A program made the position numbers and the translations under genes. This document shows, piece after piece, positions 30,771-42,400 of a stretch of 64,000 bases of DNA (its first letter is position 1; each line of letters begins with the position of its first letter). The notes under the pieces were generated by a model. That model saw only the letters and a list, made by a program, of their open reading frames with translations, did no database searches and had not been told where the DNA came from. Where the stretch lies: positions 27,483 to 91,482 of the IMG/VR virus record IMGVR_UViG_3300050821_004371. One strand, written 5' to 3'. This DNA is from a virus.

Positions 30771-31769
30771 CTACGCGGGTCCGATGGCAAGCCAAGTAAA
30801 CGGCGACCCGTCAGAACTTACCGTAGTAAAACTTGAAGCCGACGTTGTGTTCAACTGAGTCGTGCCCGTGCCGGGGCCCGTGCTCAACAAGACGTTCGGG
30901 GTTCCGCTGAAGGCGGGACTGAAATTTACGGTCGTGCTGCCCGTGGCCGTCCCGTATTCGATTCTGAGCCCGTTTGCGGGCGGGATTATCAAGCCCGTTT
31001 GCCAATCGGCAGCGCTTGAGGAAGTCGCGGTCAAAACCTGTCCGGCAGTCGGCGTCCCGCTGACGGTTACGCCCGAAATCTGAGTTGTGTTTGTCGATCC
31101 TTGCGGGCCTTGGAATCCTCTCGGGCCTTGGGTCCCCTGAGCGCCCTGGAATCCCTGTGGGCCAGCTCCGGGCGGACCCCACTGGACACCGACGCCCGTA
31201 GATGTCAGAACTTCCCCAGACGTTCCCTGAAACCCGATATTATCGGTAAGCTTCCCGTAGATTCCAACGTTGAGCAGCGCCGCGTCCCATTCCGCGCCCT
31301 GAAAACCGAGGCTCTGGGTCGTGTTGTTTGTCGCAGGCAATAGACTGAAATCCTGAATCGTCTGGTCGCCCGAAGGAATCAGAAGAACCGCTCCCGGATA
31401 GCTGACGCTCGAACTTGCGGGCGTCAACGTCGCGAGATTGATCGGGCCGGGGCCCATGATTACGACGTTGGTAGGCCCGAAAACCAAAGCGCCCGTCCCG
31501 TCGTAAACGGTCATGTAGTAGAACGTGCCCGAGGGGACAAGGGCGGTATTCGGCCAAAGTTGGGCGTTCGCGGATTGCGGAATGCTGCCTAAATTATTGA
31601 GAGCGAAAGAAACAGTGGGCGGGCAAATCTGATTGGTGTTGAGAACTGTGGCGTCTTGAGAAAGACGGAAAGTTATAGTCCCGTACGGATTCGGGACACC
31701 AGAGGAAAATGCAATCGGTTGCCCGTCTGCGAGTGTGAAGCCACCGCCATATATCTGAACTGTCGCCAT
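30771..31769 (-). CDS. tail fibre protein with short collagen-like repeat
   Basis: GPQGFQGAQGTQGPRGFQGPQG; fibre-tip-like C-terminus. Confidence 0.7.
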   Translation of the reverse strand: MATVQIYGGGFTLADGQPIAFSSGVPNPYGTITFRLSQDATVLNTNQICPPTVSFALNNLGSIPQSANAQLWPNTALVPSGTFYYMTVYDGTGALVFGPTNVVIMGPGPINLATLTPASSSVSYPGAVLLIPSGDQTIQDFSLLPATNNTTQSLGFQGAEWDAALLNVGIYGKLTDNIGFQGTSGEVLTSTGVGVQWGPPGAGPQGFQGAQGTQGPRGFQGPQGSTNTTQISGVTVSGTPTAGQVLTATSSSAADWQTGLIIPPANGLRIEYGTATGSTTVNFSPAFSGTPNVLLSTGPGTGTTQLNTTSASSFTTVSSDGSPFTWLAIGPA

Positions 31770-31777
31770 TTAGTCCT

Positions 31778-32155
31778 CTAGACGTAATTGATACTGACCG
31801 CGCAACTAGTTGCCGGAGACGTCGTAGAGCCGACAGCCGAGCCCGTTACGCACCAAGCGACCACGCCCGTGCCGAAAGTCAATCCGGGAGTCGATGCCCC
31901 TGAATTCACGAAGTAAAAGGTCTGCTCACTGCTCCCCGGAACCATCAGGCAAACGTCGGGGTTAGTGGTTCCGACCGTCGCCGAGGTTGCGTTCGCCAGC
32001 TTCACGTATATGGCCGAAACCGTGGAATTCGTTACTTGAACCCAATAAACAAGGGCGCTGGATGCTTTGATGTCGTCGGCGGTGTTGCCCATCGCCGTAT
32101 CGGTAAAGATATACGAGCTAGCGGGCGTGGAAATAGGAACTGTTGAAACGCTCAT
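31778..32155 (-). CDS. virion structural protein (beta-rich)
   Basis: S/T/G/A-rich, in structural operon. Confidence 0.5.
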   Translation of the reverse strand: MSVSTVPISTPASSYIFTDTAMGNTADDIKASSALVYWVQVTNSTVSAIYVKLANATSATVGTTNPDVCLMVPGSSEQTFYFVNSGASTPGLTFGTGVVAWCVTGSAVGSTTSPATSCAVSINYV

Positions 32156-32165
32156 CGGTTTATCC

Positions 32166-32576
32166 TTATTTAAAAAATGTCAAACTTCCCATGTCGGAGC
32201 ATCTTACCCGCTCGGGATTTCGGGCGACGTGGGTTAACCACCACTCAGACTGCACGTCAGCTAGATCGCCCCAATACAAAGCACCGTTGCTTGAATCTTT
32301 TCGGGTGTCGTCGCAAATCCCGTCAATATCGTTGTACAGTGAAAGGAAGCGTCGATCCCAGGCGTCGGGGTGTTGCGTCGTCTTCGGCGGAGCCGCGTGC
32401 CACTTGTCAACCGTGTCAAGAACGTGAAGATAAGTTCCGAAGCCCGCCTTCTCTCGGTTCTTTAACGTGTGTAGAATGTTCAACATAGCGGGCGTTCCGC
32501 CGTAATGTTGCCCGTATTTCCAGGCACATTCTATAAGTTGGGCCTTGATATAGAGTTCGGAGTTCGTGCTTGCCAT
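32166..32576 (-). CDS. cell wall hydrolase (Hydrolase_2/SleB-like) candidate
   Basis: MLNILHTLKNR...DSSNGALYW...W...GSLTFFK. Confidence 0.5.
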   Translation of the reverse strand: MASTNSELYIKAQLIECAWKYGQHYGGTPAMLNILHTLKNREKAGFGTYLHVLDTVDKWHAAPPKTTQHPDAWDRRFLSLYNDIDGICDDTRKDSSNGALYWGDLADVQSEWWLTHVARNPERVRCSDMGSLTFFK

Positions 32577-33263
32577 AGAATCCTTTTTCCGTACTAGTGT
32601 TGTTTCGGGTCTACGGGCGATGACCCGAGCCTGCGAACTGGAGCGCCTTTTTTCGCAGCGTACAGATGCAAAGGATGCGGGCTAATCCCGTTCGCCTTGT
32701 CCTGATCTGCGGGCGCGTTTTGGACACTGAACTTTGCCCCTACGGGCGTGTCGGACTTACGGTTGTCCACGTCTGAATCTGCGGGCTTGATGCCCGTTGG
32801 GTTGGGGAGTACTCGCCCGCTAAAATCTGCGGGTGCGCCTTGTCCTTCGTCAGCCATTACTCTTCCTCATCCGTATGAAGTTCTGGCTCCGGGCGTCCTG
32901 GTTCTTCGAGCTTCCCGAAATGCACGAAGTAGGCTCCGCCGTCTAATCTTGACCGAAGATGCTGGTCGGTTTCAAATTGGCTGCGGGCAATGGCTACGTG
33001 CGAGCCGCAGGACAGGCATTTGCCGCCCGAGAACGATCCGCCGCAGTTCTTGCATTGCAGGGGAGTAGGAATAGTTTGGGGATTCATTGACATTACTTTT
33101 TACCTGATTTCTTTGGGGATTTCTTTTCGGGCAGCCGGGAAAAGTCAGTCTTGCTCGACCATTCGGCTAACGCCTTCTTCCCGATTCTGTCGGGATGGCT
33201 GTAAAGGAATTTCTGTTGGGATTTGCTCGCAAATGGCATGATTTGTATACCTACGGTTAGCAA

Positions 33264-35255
33264 TTATTGGTTTGTGTAAACTACTTGGTCCTGATCTTCG
33301 GGCTGCGATAGCGGTTCGGTCGCCCCTTGAAGTACGTTTCCAAGAGCGCCTTTAGCCGCTGTCCCAACTCTACGGGCTGCGGGCGATGCTTCTAGAGTCG
33401 CCCCAATCTTTCCCGCTGTACGGAAAGCGGACCACATTTTCGGGCTGTTAGCAACTTTGTCAAGCAACTCCGTGGCTTTCCCGAAGTCACCCGAACCCGC
33501 CAATCCTAAAGCGATTCCTAATCCGCCGAGCGCGGGATGAATTGCTCCGCCGCCTGCACCCGCCCCGCTAAGAACGCCCGCACGGACAAGCTTCTGATAA
33601 TTGGCCGCTGATTTCAGGTCGCCCGCAAGTTTATCCAAACCCGCTTGAGCCGTCCCCATATCAAACAATTTCTCTTTGACTTCGGGCGGCAGGTTATCAA
33701 TTTGCTTGAAGTTCTTCACGAACTTCGCGGGATTGATTTGTCCAGTTTCCGAACTAGCATCCGCCAATTGCCTCTGGATAATTCCTTTGCCAAGGTCTTT
33801 TACGGCGGGTTCACCGATTGTCTCGGACAACGTGTTAATCTTATTCAGCTTATCGCCGCCCTGAAGCAAGTATTTCGCGGCGTTGTCAAGCTTGGTAGTC
33901 GAGTCAATGCCCGGATCGGACAATCTCTGAATGGCGGGCGTCTGAAACAACTTTACTTTGTCTTTGTACGCCGAGCGCAAAGCATCGTAATCCTGCGCGG
34001 CTTCAGGCTTTCCCGATTGCTTCGCAAGATTCGCGATTGTATCGTCGATTCCGTCTCGGAGTTTCTGGTAGACTTGAACGTCAGCGCGATCCGCCGAGCT
34101 AGTTCCGCCTTTCGTCAGCACTCCAATCTTTTCCCCGAGTTGCTGGCGGTACTGAATAAGTTCGTCGATATTCATATTGCCCGCACTCTTGGGATCGTTC
34201 AACGAGTTCAGGAATTTCTTTGATTCGTCCGATCCTCCGGCAAGCCCCTGAAACGCGCTTCCGAGAACGCCTTTTCCCTCTGTTTTTCCTTGCAAGGCTT
34301 CTTGTGCGGCTTTCTGTAGCGGGCTATCTTGATACGGGACTTTTTGGTCACCCAAATCTCCCTTGAGCTTCTGGATTCCAGATTCAAAATCCCCGTGCAT
34401 CTTGGTTTCGGCGTCGTTAATTTGAGTCGCGAGATTTTTTCCGATATCCGAAGCACTCGGAGCATTCTTCCCCGCTTCTGACGCTTCCTGAACCGCTTTC
34501 CCCGCTTCGCCTGCTTTTTCCGCTACTCTCCCGAGCGTCCCGAAGGCTGCTCCAAGCACACCCGAAGTCGCGCCCTGCTCAACCCCCGCCTTCAATCCTT
34601 TTTCCGGACTTCCGGTTTTCGCTGTCTCTTGAGCGCCCGCAACAGCCCCTTGGCGGAGTGCGTCCATTCCCGCCCCGACTAATCGGGCAAGTAACGGATT
34701 CTTCTGAATCAGGGCTTTGGCTTCCTCGCCAAGTTCGCCCGTAGCTTTTCCTACGTCAGCGCCCATCTGAATCGCCCGCATCAACCTCGGGCTTTTCTGA
34801 AGAAGGCCCATCGCGCCCGAAATCTGTTTGAACTTGTCAGCCATCGACAAGCCTTTCAGGGCTTCGTCGCCGAGCATGAATTCCGCCAGATTCTCGCCGC
34901 CGTATCCTACCCATTGGGCGGTTCCTTCCGGGCTTTGTATGCCTTTTTTCTCGGCGGCCAATCCTTCCGTAGGGGCGAGCGTTTCCCCGACACCCGGAAC
35001 CTTGTTGAGCAGAGTTCCGATTCCGTGAACCGTGTCCATCAGGGCATTTCCGAAGCCCGAAGATACGTCGCCCGCAACATCGCCGATCTTGCCGAGCGTA
35101 GACTCTTCGGGCTGTCCGCTTTCCGTACTAGCGGGCTGCGCCATAACGATATCGCCCGAAGGAGGAGGCGGAATGTGCCCGCCCGCAGGTTGAGCCTGTG
35201 GCTGCGCTTGGACTGTAGTTCCGCTAGGCGGTGCTGGAATCTGATCGTCTGCCAT
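33264..35255 (-). CDS. internal virion/DNA ejection protein
   Basis: 663-aa helical A/G/K-rich protein downstream of tail genes, as in podoviruses. Confidence 0.55.
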   Translation of the reverse strand: MADDQIPAPPSGTTVQAQPQAQPAGGHIPPPPSGDIVMAQPASTESGQPEESTLGKIGDVAGDVSSGFGNALMDTVHGIGTLLNKVPGVGETLAPTEGLAAEKKGIQSPEGTAQWVGYGGENLAEFMLGDEALKGLSMADKFKQISGAMGLLQKSPRLMRAIQMGADVGKATGELGEEAKALIQKNPLLARLVGAGMDALRQGAVAGAQETAKTGSPEKGLKAGVEQGATSGVLGAAFGTLGRVAEKAGEAGKAVQEASEAGKNAPSASDIGKNLATQINDAETKMHGDFESGIQKLKGDLGDQKVPYQDSPLQKAAQEALQGKTEGKGVLGSAFQGLAGGSDESKKFLNSLNDPKSAGNMNIDELIQYRQQLGEKIGVLTKGGTSSADRADVQVYQKLRDGIDDTIANLAKQSGKPEAAQDYDALRSAYKDKVKLFQTPAIQRLSDPGIDSTTKLDNAAKYLLQGGDKLNKINTLSETIGEPAVKDLGKGIIQRQLADASSETGQINPAKFVKNFKQIDNLPPEVKEKLFDMGTAQAGLDKLAGDLKSAANYQKLVRAGVLSGAGAGGGAIHPALGGLGIALGLAGSGDFGKATELLDKVANSPKMWSAFRTAGKIGATLEASPAARRVGTAAKGALGNVLQGATEPLSQPEDQDQVVYTNQ

Positions 35256-35258
35256 ATT

Positions 35259-37451
35259 TTATTTGCCCGTCGCTACCCATTGCTTGCCGTCGTAACCCCA
35301 TTTTCCATCCGAGCTAGTTGCCGCGAAGTTTTGTGCGGGCTTCGGGGGCGTAACGGGCTTGTCCTTCGTGCTCGTAACAGTTCTGCTCTGAACGCCCATC
35401 CTCTGCAAAGCTTGTTTGCTTTCGGGAGCCAGAAGACTTGGATATTCGTCTCCCATCGTGTTTGAATATTTTCGGCCAAGCTCGGCAAGGCGGATATCGC
35501 CGCTTTCTCCGAGTTTCTTTAAAGCCGATTCGATCTGGGCGGGCGTGGAATCGTCGTTCAGCACGGTTTCCATTACCTTGATATCGCCTTCGTGCTCCGC
35601 CCGATTGTTGTTCAGGAAACTCATGTACTCTTTCCGTACAGGAACGAGAGCGGTTTGGAACGCTTGGAAGTTCGTGTCGTTGGCGGCGTTCTTTCTGATC
35701 CAATTCAGAGGACGGTTGATAAGCGGGCTGCCCGTCTGCCCGCGCATCGCGCCCGTAGCAGACAAAGCATCGTTCGCGTGCCCGAGGAACGTGTTGAACG
35801 ACACGATACTGTCAGCGGCTTTCCCGTCGCTGAAGTCGTTAAGAACTTTAGTTTTAGCTTCAAGCTTTGCGGGCGAATAATCCTTCGGGTCTTTCCCTTG
35901 GGCTTTTGCTTCGTCGGCAATCATGTTATAGACACGGGTTTTCTGATCCCCCCGGAAGGAGACTAAATCGCGGATTTGCGCGAGGTTGCCCGAAACAATG
36001 TTTTTAGCCGCCGTGGATAAATCTTTGTCCTCAATCGCCCGTTGAGCGTTGATTTCCTGTTCTTTATCCGTAAACTTGGTATTGGCCTTGATTTTCAGGA
36101 AATCCTGCGCCCGCTGCTTATCTTGAGGCGTAGATTTGGGGTCGGACAAGATGCTGGCGGCTTTGTTGTCATCCATCTTGTCACCTTCAGCTTCAAGGCG
36201 GCCTTCCGTTACCCCTTTTTCCTTCGCTTTCGCGAGATCAGCAGCTTTTTGATTCGACAATTTCTCAAGATTCTCTTGCCCGAACAACTCCGACATGATG
36301 CCCGCAGCCTGCGGGTGATTCTTCTGGATTGACTTAATCTGATCGTTCGGATCGGCGCTCGCAGCATCATTATGGAACTTCTCAATCGCGGACAATACCT
36401 GCGGGTTCTTTTTGATCTGCTCCGCGAGATCGACTTTATCCCCGCCTACCTGCTCGTGAACGTCATCAAGTTCCCGCTGCGTCTGCTGGATCAGGTCCAA
36501 TTTATGGTTCATCAAGGCGAGCGATGCCGAGGTAATCGTGGCACCTTCGGGCAAATTAAATCCCTGCTTCGCCGACATCAGCCCGTATTTCGCCAACTGG
36601 TTATACTTCGCTTGCGTTAGGGGCGTCTGCGTCGTGCCGTCCACAACCGAATACGTAAGCTGAGACAGCGGAACGCCGTTATTGTCGGTCGCCCGTTGGC
36701 CATCGGGTCCGAATACTGGAACTTTTCCGTCGGGGATTGCAACGTACTTAGTCTTGTCAAACCCCTTCTGCATCAATTCGTTTGACGGAATATTCGAGGC
36801 TTCAACTGCGCCCGAATTCTTCCAATTCTCCAGATCATCCGAGTGATTCGAGACAATCGAGTCTTTGGCTTCGTCATCTTCTTTGCCCGCAGCGTAGGCC
36901 GAGCGCATGGCTTCCATGTTCGCCTGAAGGACTTTTGCCTTCTGGATTTTGGTCTGCTGCTCCTGTTCGAAATCAGCCTGCGACTGCTGGGCCTGTTTCT
37001 GTTGCGCGACTTGAGTCGGTAAAGGCTGGATGGGCGCGGGCGACCGCCCCGCCTGACGGGCCGAAGCGTTGCTCGCAACTTGCCCGAAACCACCGAGGAT
37101 GTTAGCCAAAGCGCCGACAAGAATGTCCTTTGTGTCGAGCGGCTGTTTTTCACGGGTGACTACGCCCGTATTCGGATCAATCGTCGTTTTGATTCTCGGG
37201 CCGCCCGCAATCGTTTCTCCGATGCGCCGCATGATCCCCGCCTGCTGAACGGCAGGATGAGAATCTCGAGGGTCGGCGGGTTGCGGAGCCTGAACAGGCG
37301 TTTGCCCGCTAGCAGGTAAGTTGCTGGTATCGGGCGGCGCTTGTCCGTTTTGCGGACTAGGCTGGTCGCCCGCAGAAGACTGAACTTCCGCAGGAGTAAC
37401 CTGAGTTTCCGTGCTATCCGAAGTTGTCGGTTGAACTTGATCGTCTGCCAT
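35259..37451 (-). CDS. internal virion/DNA ejection protein
   Basis: 730-aa Q/A/K-rich helical protein; shares MADDQ start with neighbour. Confidence 0.55.
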   Translation of the reverse strand: MADDQVQPTTSDSTETQVTPAEVQSSAGDQPSPQNGQAPPDTSNLPASGQTPVQAPQPADPRDSHPAVQQAGIMRRIGETIAGGPRIKTTIDPNTGVVTREKQPLDTKDILVGALANILGGFGQVASNASARQAGRSPAPIQPLPTQVAQQKQAQQSQADFEQEQQTKIQKAKVLQANMEAMRSAYAAGKEDDEAKDSIVSNHSDDLENWKNSGAVEASNIPSNELMQKGFDKTKYVAIPDGKVPVFGPDGQRATDNNGVPLSQLTYSVVDGTTQTPLTQAKYNQLAKYGLMSAKQGFNLPEGATITSASLALMNHKLDLIQQTQRELDDVHEQVGGDKVDLAEQIKKNPQVLSAIEKFHNDAASADPNDQIKSIQKNHPQAAGIMSELFGQENLEKLSNQKAADLAKAKEKGVTEGRLEAEGDKMDDNKAASILSDPKSTPQDKQRAQDFLKIKANTKFTDKEQEINAQRAIEDKDLSTAAKNIVSGNLAQIRDLVSFRGDQKTRVYNMIADEAKAQGKDPKDYSPAKLEAKTKVLNDFSDGKAADSIVSFNTFLGHANDALSATGAMRGQTGSPLINRPLNWIRKNAANDTNFQAFQTALVPVRKEYMSFLNNNRAEHEGDIKVMETVLNDDSTPAQIESALKKLGESGDIRLAELGRKYSNTMGDEYPSLLAPESKQALQRMGVQSRTVTSTKDKPVTPPKPAQNFAATSSDGKWGYDGKQWVATGK

Positions 37452-37582
37452 AAATTCCTTAGCCTAAAACACTCGCAACAGAAGGTGGAACCATAGTTGC
37501 ACCGCCTCCGGGCATGTACTGCGGGCTCCCTAGCGCGGGGTCGGAAATTCCGCCTACGCTTCCCCCGCTCCAGCTTGGCCCG

Positions 37583-38203
37583 CTAAAGTGCACCGCCCGC
37601 TAGAGCGCCCGCGCCTAGCTGAGTGGCATCGCCAAGAATTCCCATCAGTTGCCCCTGCCAAGCATTGTTTTGCTGGTTAATAGCGTTCGCGCTACCGAAA
37701 GCCGCTTGCCCTGAACCTGTGGCACCAGAGTTAAACGAGTTGGCTTCACCGAATACGCTCGGAGCGCCCGCAAGCACGCCAGCAGCCTGAGTCCAATTCT
37801 GCCTGCCTAAAGCCGCGTTGTTAAGATTAATCTGCGCCAGGTTGTTAGCGGTATTTGATGCCCCGGCTGCCGCGATATTGGCGTCCATACCCATTGTAGC
37901 ACCGCTCGGAAGAACTGCCGTGCCCCCGCCCGCCGCAGCGGATCGCTCGCCCGCGGCTTGTTCAGCGTTTCGAGTTGCGATTCCGCCTTGCGTGACCGCC
38001 TGCGACTGAAGATTAGAAAGTTCTGCGGGCGTGTAACCCGGCTGCCCCGGGCCTGCGGCCAGAATCGGAGAAAAAGCCGAATTCAACTGATTGAAAATCT
38101 GCGAGCTTTGCCCGAAAACCTGCCCCGCCTCGTTTTGCAAGGTCTGGAAGTTCTGGGTCTGCTCGCTTGCTAAATTTTTCTCGCTGCTCGACGCACCACA
38201 CAT
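37583..38203 (-). CDS. small DNA transfer/pilot protein
   Basis: A/G/N/Q-rich, MCG start, hydrophobic glycine-rich C-terminus; position typical of P22 gp7-like proteins. Confidence 0.5.
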   Translation of the reverse strand: MCGASSSEKNLASEQTQNFQTLQNEAGQVFGQSSQIFNQLNSAFSPILAAGPGQPGYTPAELSNLQSQAVTQGGIATRNAEQAAGERSAAAGGGTAVLPSGATMGMDANIAAAGASNTANNLAQINLNNAALGRQNWTQAAGVLAGAPSVFGEANSFNSGATGSGQAAFGSANAINQQNNAWQGQLMGILGDATQLGAGALAGGAL

Positions 38204-38206
38204 AAT

Positions 38207-38578
38207 CTATAGGACCTTTCGAAGTTCGGGCGACGGTATAAACCCGAGCCTTTCGCAGAACGCCCGCAACTTGCCCGAGACAGAATCGAACGAAAACTGT
38301 TTGAACCCTTGCTGCTTGGCTTGTTTTTCCATCTCGCTAAGTCCTTCTGATAAAGCTCGGGCCACCCGCTTGGGTTCCGCTTCTGGCAAGAAATCAATAT
38401 CGATTTTTAAACATGGCGTAAATTTCGCCACTAAAACCGCGCCTTCGGCGTCTTCAAAAATAACGGATTTTGCTCCCGCCTCAGAATACCAATCGAATGT
38501 GTTGTTTACGTGGGTTGGTTCGGTGGCGATCCAAGCCTCGATTTGCGGGCGATCATTGTCGTTTATCGGGCGAATCAT
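38207..38578 (-). CDS. GNAT-fold protein (podovirus virion-associated acetyltransferase-like)
   Basis: MIRPINDND...AKQQGFKQF...FCERLGF. Confidence 0.5.
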   Translation of the reverse strand: MIRPINDNDRPQIEAWIATEPTHVNNTFDWYSEAGAKSVIFEDAEGAVLVAKFTPCLKIDIDFLPEAEPKRVARALSEGLSEMEKQAKQQGFKQFSFDSVSGKLRAFCERLGFIPSPELRKVL

Positions 38579-38778
38579 CTTGACATCCTTGTTCTTTTTC
38601 TGTACTATCGGGCTTGGAGGGGAATATGAGAATAACAGTTCAGGTAACCCAGCGAGATATCCGAATTGTCCCATGGCCCGCGCCATCAAAAGAGTGGTTT
38701 TTGTTTCTGATTTTGAGAGCAAAGCGGAAGTCTATCCGTTTTCCTTTGTACTCAACGTGCCCGTAAAATACTTGCTGT

Positions 38779-39468
38779 CTAACTCTGTAGCGGCACGTAC
38801 ACGATAGAAACATTAACCGCCATGCTCGAAGCCGTAAGATTATCCACGGTCAAATACGCGGCTGTTGATTGCGGGCTATCTCCGTTCGTGCCCGTCATAT
38901 TCTCCGTGTACCAAACTGCCGGGGCGCTCGTAAGAACAACGTCGCCAATAATTCCCTGCTCGGTGCCGAATCCCGGACCTTGAGTTTGCGGGCGACTTTT
39001 GTCCACATTCTGAGCCGATGCCGTTGAGTACAACCGGACTCGGGCGGCGGAATTGACCGAAATCGACAGGACGATAAACGCTTTCGCCATCGAAATTACG
39101 CCCGTAAACTGTCCCGCAGGAGACAGAGCCGAAGTTGTAACCGAGGCGGTCTGGGCCTTCGGCGGGTTATTCGTGCTCGTGCTGCTGGAAGAAATAACGG
39201 TCGTTGCCGCCGCTGTCGAGCCACTAGTCGTTCCCGTCTGTGTCGGGACCGTGGGAATCCGCCACTGCGGGATTTTCCCGCCCATATGGTAGCCCGTAAG
39301 AGTGTCAAACGAAGGAAACGATCCTGGAATATTTGGAGCCGAGAATCTAAGTAACGGGCTTCGGGTCGGGATCAACGGCTGTTCTTGCAACTGGGTTGCG
39401 GGTGGTGAGGCTACGGGCGTGTAACCGCTCGTGTTTATATTGAGATGACTTGCGATATTATCGGGCAT
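38779..39468 (-). CDS. virion structural protein
   Basis: S/T-rich 229-aa ORF after nozzle gene. Confidence 0.5.
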   Translation of the reverse strand: MPDNIASHLNINTSGYTPVASPPATQLQEQPLIPTRSPLLRFSAPNIPGSFPSFDTLTGYHMGGKIPQWRIPTVPTQTGTTSGSTAAATTVISSSSTSTNNPPKAQTASVTTSALSPAGQFTGVISMAKAFIVLSISVNSAARVRLYSTASAQNVDKSRPQTQGPGFGTEQGIIGDVVLTSAPAVWYTENMTGTNGDSPQSTAAYLTVDNLTASSMAVNVSIVYVPLQS

Positions 39469-39480
39469 CCGTTTTCCGTA

Positions 39481-42400
39481 TTAGCTCTCGGCCAGAATAG
39501 CCCCGTACACCGTGAAGCCCCATAATTCATTTTTCTCATTTTCAGCAGGCAGATCGACCCGAATCTGCATATGCCTGCAAACAGCGGGGTCTTGCGTCAG
39601 AGACAGATACCAACGCTGCGCGTAAATTGATGTAGACGGGGGCAGCGTCGGAGGGTCTTCCACCCACTCGGGGATGTTTTCAAACGGACCTGTATAGGTC
39701 GGAAACGCTTCATCCAAGATTACGCTTACGCTCGGGCGAGACCCGATAGCGTTTGCTTCCGTGGTGATGAACGCGACTTCAGCGAGTTGTCCGGGATTTA
39801 CCAAGACTATGCTTCCAACCGTCGCGTACCACGGATAACTGTTTCCGCCGTCCTGAAACTCTGTTAAATTTCGGGCAAGAATTGGACCCGAAGTTGCGGG
39901 GCCTACGAGCAACTGATGGACGCCTGGAGAAGTCTCGATTGACTGCACGGCCTGCGCCCCGTTAACGATAGTTGCGAACGGAGAAACTGTCACGCCCTGC
40001 TCGGGCGACGGAGTAACTCCGATTCTGTACCAACCCGTTGTCCCGTCAGACAAGAACCATGCTTTGTCTTCGCCCGAAGAATGCCACGTAACGTACGCGG
40101 TATTCGGGTCCCACGGGGCAACCTGCAATAGATTTCCGATATTGAATCCTGTTTCCGAGGGACCCGAGGAAATGTCCAAAGTATTGAACGTCGAGTCGGA
40201 AGCAAAGAACCCGACGCTCGACCCGAAAACATCCAAGGCGTTGTAATTCAGAAGCCCCAGACCTTGGGCGTACGTAACCGCCGGAGGAATTGTTCCGCCC
40301 GTATTCGCGATCAGATAAATATCCGAGACCGTGAATATAAATAGCCCGACGATTGTCGGGACTAGCCGGGTTACTTTGGACGGAAGTTCTTGGAAATTAT
40401 CGGGCGCGGTCCCCTCAAATCCGTTGCCCACGGGAGCGTCGGGCCCCGACGTGTAAAACACGGTGTTCCCGATGCTGTAGAATATTCGCTGGAGGTACAG
40501 CGTCAGGTTGATGGCTCCCAAAGCTGGCGGAGTGTTTTCGCCTTCAATCGGGCCTTCAATCAGGTTGTTCAAGCCCGTATCAGGAGTGTCGTCAAAATAC
40601 CCATTGACGAGGTAATCGGGCAGCGGAACCGTCCAGATAGCGTTCGTAGTGCCCGGAATCAGGAACGGAACGGCAAGACCGTCCGTTGTACGGAAAATGG
40701 CTACGTAATCCGACTGTGGATCAATATTCGCGAGGGGCGGAAGCCCGCCAGTTACTTGAACGCCCGCAGCACCAATAAAGTTTCCCGTAACCGTGCTCGC
40801 CGGAGATGCGTTTGAAACCGTATCGGTTGCGGAGTTAACCAAGGCAACGTAGTATATAAACCCGCCATTAAACGCTGAAATAGTTCCGGGCGCGGGAGCC
40901 GAAGCTGGGCCAAGGTTGATCCAGATCAGATTCGGGTTGTCGAGCGTAAGCTGATTGATGCCCGTGGCGAAAGTCGGAGTCGTGGTTCCCGAGACACCCG
41001 CCCGAAACGGGCCTTCAGTGTTGTTATTCGGGTCAGTAATTGTCGTGTCGGGCAACGTGTAATTCACCGAAGCCGTCCACACGGAGTCCGTGATCGGGCC
41101 GAGGTTCGCCCAACTCAGAGGTCCGGGCCCACTGCCGCCCGAAAACGATCCGGGCCCGAGGACGCCGATTCCGGCGCTGTTCATCTCCGAAACGGTTGCG
41201 TAATTAGGGGCGAAAGCGGTTGAAAACGCGGGCCAAATCGGTTGCGTAGTCCCCGTTTCGGGCGTGCCCGGAATCGGAGTTTGCCCGTTACAATACAGAT
41301 CAAGAAACTGGCCCGTGCTCGATGATTTCGCGAAATCGATTTCGAACGGGTAATCTCCAGCTGCCGGGAAATTAATAACGAAAACATCCTGAAATTGCCC
41401 AGAGACGTTATTCGCGCCCATAACTGGGTAGCTTTGGAGCGCGGTCAATGTCGCGTTAGGCGCGGGGCAGTTCGTCGGCCCCGAGATTCTTGTTGGCTGG
41501 TTCGTGCCCGAGGGCCCAATGCCCCAGAACATTCCATCATCGTGAAAGATCGTAAACGAATACTGTCCGGCAGTTGGGATCGTTAGGGTCCCGAACGTTG
41601 AAAGAGTGTAATTTCCAGGCGTAGCCCCGGCATACGGCGTCGTAAAGCCCGTGATATCCCCGGCAGCGTCCAAAGTCGCCCACTGCAACGGCGACGTATG
41701 TCCAGCGTTATTCTGTTGCGGGGGGTTGAATAAAACGCTGCTCCCGTTGGCGGTCGCTTGAAGAGTGTATGGAGCAACGCCGGGATTGTTCGTCCCGTCC
41801 ACGGGGTTTCGGAGTTCACATTGTCCGGAAAACGCACCGTTATGCGGGTAGAAATTTGCGGTTACGTACACGCCCGCAACCAGTTTGTAAACCGGAAAAG
41901 GATTGGGCTGAAGTTGAAATAAACTCGGGGTGCCCGAAGCGTTCGCTACGATAAGATGGTCGGCGGCGAAGGTCGTGCTCGCGGACCAGGAAGAGTCGCC
42001 CGAAAAAGTGCTGGCGACGCATTTCCAAGTCACCCCACCGTCAATAACCGTAATCGTGCCTGAAACCGGGTTGCTCGTAAACGGATTGGAGAATCCTGAT
42101 TTCCCGGCGACCGTAACTTGCCAGATATTTGTCTGCCCAGCAAACTGCGTATCAACAACCGCGCCCGACAATGAGAAGAAAGTCGTGGCCTTCCACGCGG
42201 AAGTCGAGGTTCCGACAACTACATTCGGGGAAGTCGTGCCCGCCGCAATTCCCCAATTTTCAATAGGAAGCCCGCGATTACTCCAAACCGCCGTGCCGTC
42301 AATTGTAATCCCGCCTTGGAAGTCATTTGCTGAACTCGGGACTTGAGTATTCCATGAAGGGACGCTCCCACCCGTAACCGGAACACCGCCTTGGGCATCC